40,431 bases of DNA from Pelomyxa schiedti (taxonomy: Eukaryota; Protista; Evosea), in assembly GCA_020536535.1 (NCBI GenBank), contig JAHLWZ010000257.1, positions 1-40,431 on the forward strand. The letters run 5' to 3'. Below are positions 37,897-40,431 of this stretch, piece after piece (within the stretch, counting starts at the first letter, position 1; every line of letters begins with the position of its first letter). Made by a program: the position numbers and the translations under genes. Below the pieces are notes generated by a model, which saw only the letters and a list, made by a program, of their open reading frames with translations, made no database searches and had not been told where the DNA came from.

Positions 37897-40431
37897 TTAC
37901 GATGCCATTGTGCGCCAGCGTTCAAGGTTTTCCCAGGCTCGTTGTTCCAACACTTGGAAGTTTGGGAAGATGCCGGAAATAGCCTTGAGAAGCGGTATCA
38001 CGATAAGCGGTATGAACCTATATCAATTTTTGGTGGGTTGGAGAGCTCGGAATGGATGATAAGAAAGAAAGGAGAGAGAGGGACACTCACGTGTTTTGCA
38101 TTTCTTGAGGTGTTGTGGAACCATCCATGAATTTACTTGTTGGAATTCCGTGCCGTTTTTCTTGTTCGCCTTGACCCTTGAATTCCCTATTCAATTGTGT
38201 GATTCAGATTAAAAAAAAAAAACAGGATTTTGCGGTTGGGTGACACACTCCACAAGATTGTATGTCCATTTTTTGCACACTGTAATTTCCGTGAGTATAC
38301 AGGGCAGTTACTATGAGAAAGAGCGGGGGATAAAACCTGGCCAGTCACGGCATACATTCGACAAATCGGCTATCTTCATGAGCACTTGAAGTACAAGTAA
38401 TTTGGCGCTTTTAGCTTGCCCCGGATCCGCAGAAAACAGTGCGGCAGTTGTTGTCCTTGTCCCAACCCCAAAGCTCTTCATTGTTTCCAGGATGTCAATG
38501 TGTTTCGCCATATCGGTGGCCAGAATCAGGCTCATCATCACGGTGTGAATATAATGCTGATCATCGGGAGAGAGTGCGCGGAGGGCACAGCATTTATTCC
38601 GGAAGAACAGCACTTTCAGAGAAGTTGCGGCATGCATGCGTTCCAGCACTGAGTCACCGTATTTCACGTAAATTGCATCCATCGTGGATTTCAAGAAGTT
38701 GCTGTTCAGACCAGGGTGCTGATGGATTTTAAATGCGGGGAAAAAGAAAAAAGAATACCCACTCTGTAGTCATGGGATAAGGCGGCAAGAACGCAAGCAA
38801 TTTCGTCAAGAGGTGAAAGGCATGAAGCAAACTCCTCCGAGCTCTGTGTGGCCATCTGTAAAAGAACGTTCATTGCTTGAGTCACATCAGCAGCATGAAG
38901 GAAGTTGTGGTAAGGGTTGGGGTGCCGGGAGTAGCCGCGCTTGAGCTGACTGGTAAACCCAAAGAAGTTGGGAACGTCCAGCTTCACGGTTGGGTGGAAC
39001 TGAGGTAAAAGCCACTGTTCTGCGAGAACTTTGTATCCCACGGCACCCAGAATATTGCCACCATGAGCTGCAAGTTTATCTTCAAGCTACAGAAAAAAAG
39101 TGTAAATTACCAGTAATGAGTCAACGGTACATACAGAGAAGACGTCAAAACTCCAGTCATTTATGGATGGGATGTCATCATCCATGTTACTCGGGAGTTC
39201 TGCTTCCTCCATGGATTTGGAAAAATCACTGAGACTGGTGTTTGTGCTTCGCGCTTGGCTGCGTAAAGCAGATTTGCTGTGTGTCCTGCGTGCTTTCCCA
39301 AAGACATTCTTTTCGTCAACTTGCATTCCACAGTCGAGAATGAACTGATGCTGATTTTCAGTCAAGTCCGTTTCGAGCTTGACTGTTGTGAAATTTCGGG
39401 TCATGAGAAGCATTTGTGTCAACTTGAGGGTGTCAACGTCCTCGGCATCAATCCCTCTTCCCGGATTGTCCACCAGCCTCGCAATGAGTGTGGTCACCTT
39501 CATGAAATAAGTTCATGTGTTGGAGGTTCAATGAAAGGAACTTTATCAAGCCCAGATGTGAGAGCGGTGACTGTCACTTCGTCTGCCGTCGTTGTGAGTT
39601 GACTGATTTTGTGTTCGGCCTCTTCAAGCTTCAGGTGCAGATCCGCGACCTATAACCATGTGCGGTAAGATGATAATATTACAATTGTGTGGTGGACTGC
39701 CTTGTTCGAAAGATGGGAGTACTGTTTCTTGACGGCCATGTATATCGCAGTCGAAATTGAAACGATGAACACAACGCAGCCCATCACTGAAGACAGGACA
39801 ATTACTTTGACCAGTGCTGTCTCTTGTGCACTCAGGGCATCATCCTTGTTCATCACAGCAATCACAACCCAATTGGCAGTTTCAATCTGATTCCACGAGA
39901 TGATGGTCTCCCCTTTGTTTAAAGAAACTGTGCTGGTTCCACACGCAAGAGTTGTACTGTTCGAGGAGGAAATAGATTCATTCACAGGAAGGCCCACTTG
40001 GGAAAACGCTGGATTCTAGAGAGAAAGAAGATTAGCAACAAGTTCAATAAAAGAAGGTGCCTTCTACATTAAAGATATTCCAAAACCCCGGGTCAAAGGA
40101 ATCTTTGTCCATTTCCTCAGTGAAATTGAAGTCAACAATCCCGAGTGACCAATCTTTCCAGCCCTTTTCCGGGATTGCCAGAATGGAACCGGTACTTGAC
40201 ACAATCAAGGAGTAACCCTTGTAGGGCATCAGAGTGCTCACCAATTCGACGTAGTCAATGATGTAACTTTTCGCAAAAGAATTCAGAAAAAACAGAAGTG
40301 GAACAGGAAATGACCTTGGATCCACCTGAAGAACAGCAACCCCAAAAGCACTGCCTGACCGAAGAAGTGGGATGTAAAGCCGTGTCTTCCATCCATTATA
40401 CCGAGGATCTTTGAGAGGTGGTGTCCACTTT
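37897..40431 (-). CDS. Membrane-anchored class I 3',5'-cyclic nucleotide phosphodiesterase with an N-terminal dCache-like sensor domain (5' end beyond the window; an alternative last exon could extend to 37706)
   Basis: PDEase_I motifs NPYHNFLHAADVTQ, ALSHDYR|HPGLNSNFL, SVLERMH, LILATDMAKH, LMKIADLSNVCR, WTYNLVE|EFKGQGEQEK, EMQNT|FI; upstream TM helix VIVLSSVMGCVVFIVSISTAIYMAV and Cache-like strands. Confidence 0.92.

Overview
Gene-dense eukaryotic (protist) genomic DNA with many short spliceosomal introns (mostly ~30-100 nt), standard genetic code, tiny intergenic spacers and one 100-N scaffold gap (2996-3095). The expanded orphan gene families, intron style and gene set resemble my recollection of the archamoeba Pelomyxa, but the organism is an inference. 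Conserved genes: KRI1, a USP4/11/15-type deubiquitinase, a U1C/WBP4-type zinc-finger protein, SEC22, ZMYND10, cpn10 and an LRR-cap protein. The window ends in a class I cyclic-nucleotide phosphodiesterase that carries an N-terminal bacterial-type dCache-like sensor module and a transmembrane helix; this is the most interesting feature. Other features: bases 1-2995 are a diverged direct copy of 17520-20585; a ~1 kb element built from 15 copies of a 13-bp motif in palindromic pairs (3102-4103) abuts a 5'-truncated pseudogene; an orphan-family gene is fused to a MIF4G domain; there are a tandem pair of small orphan beta-rich proteins and a tail-to-tail pair of intronless orphan paralogs; and 30.7-34.9 kb is a region of decayed sequence. 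Exon structures were inferred by hand without RNA data.
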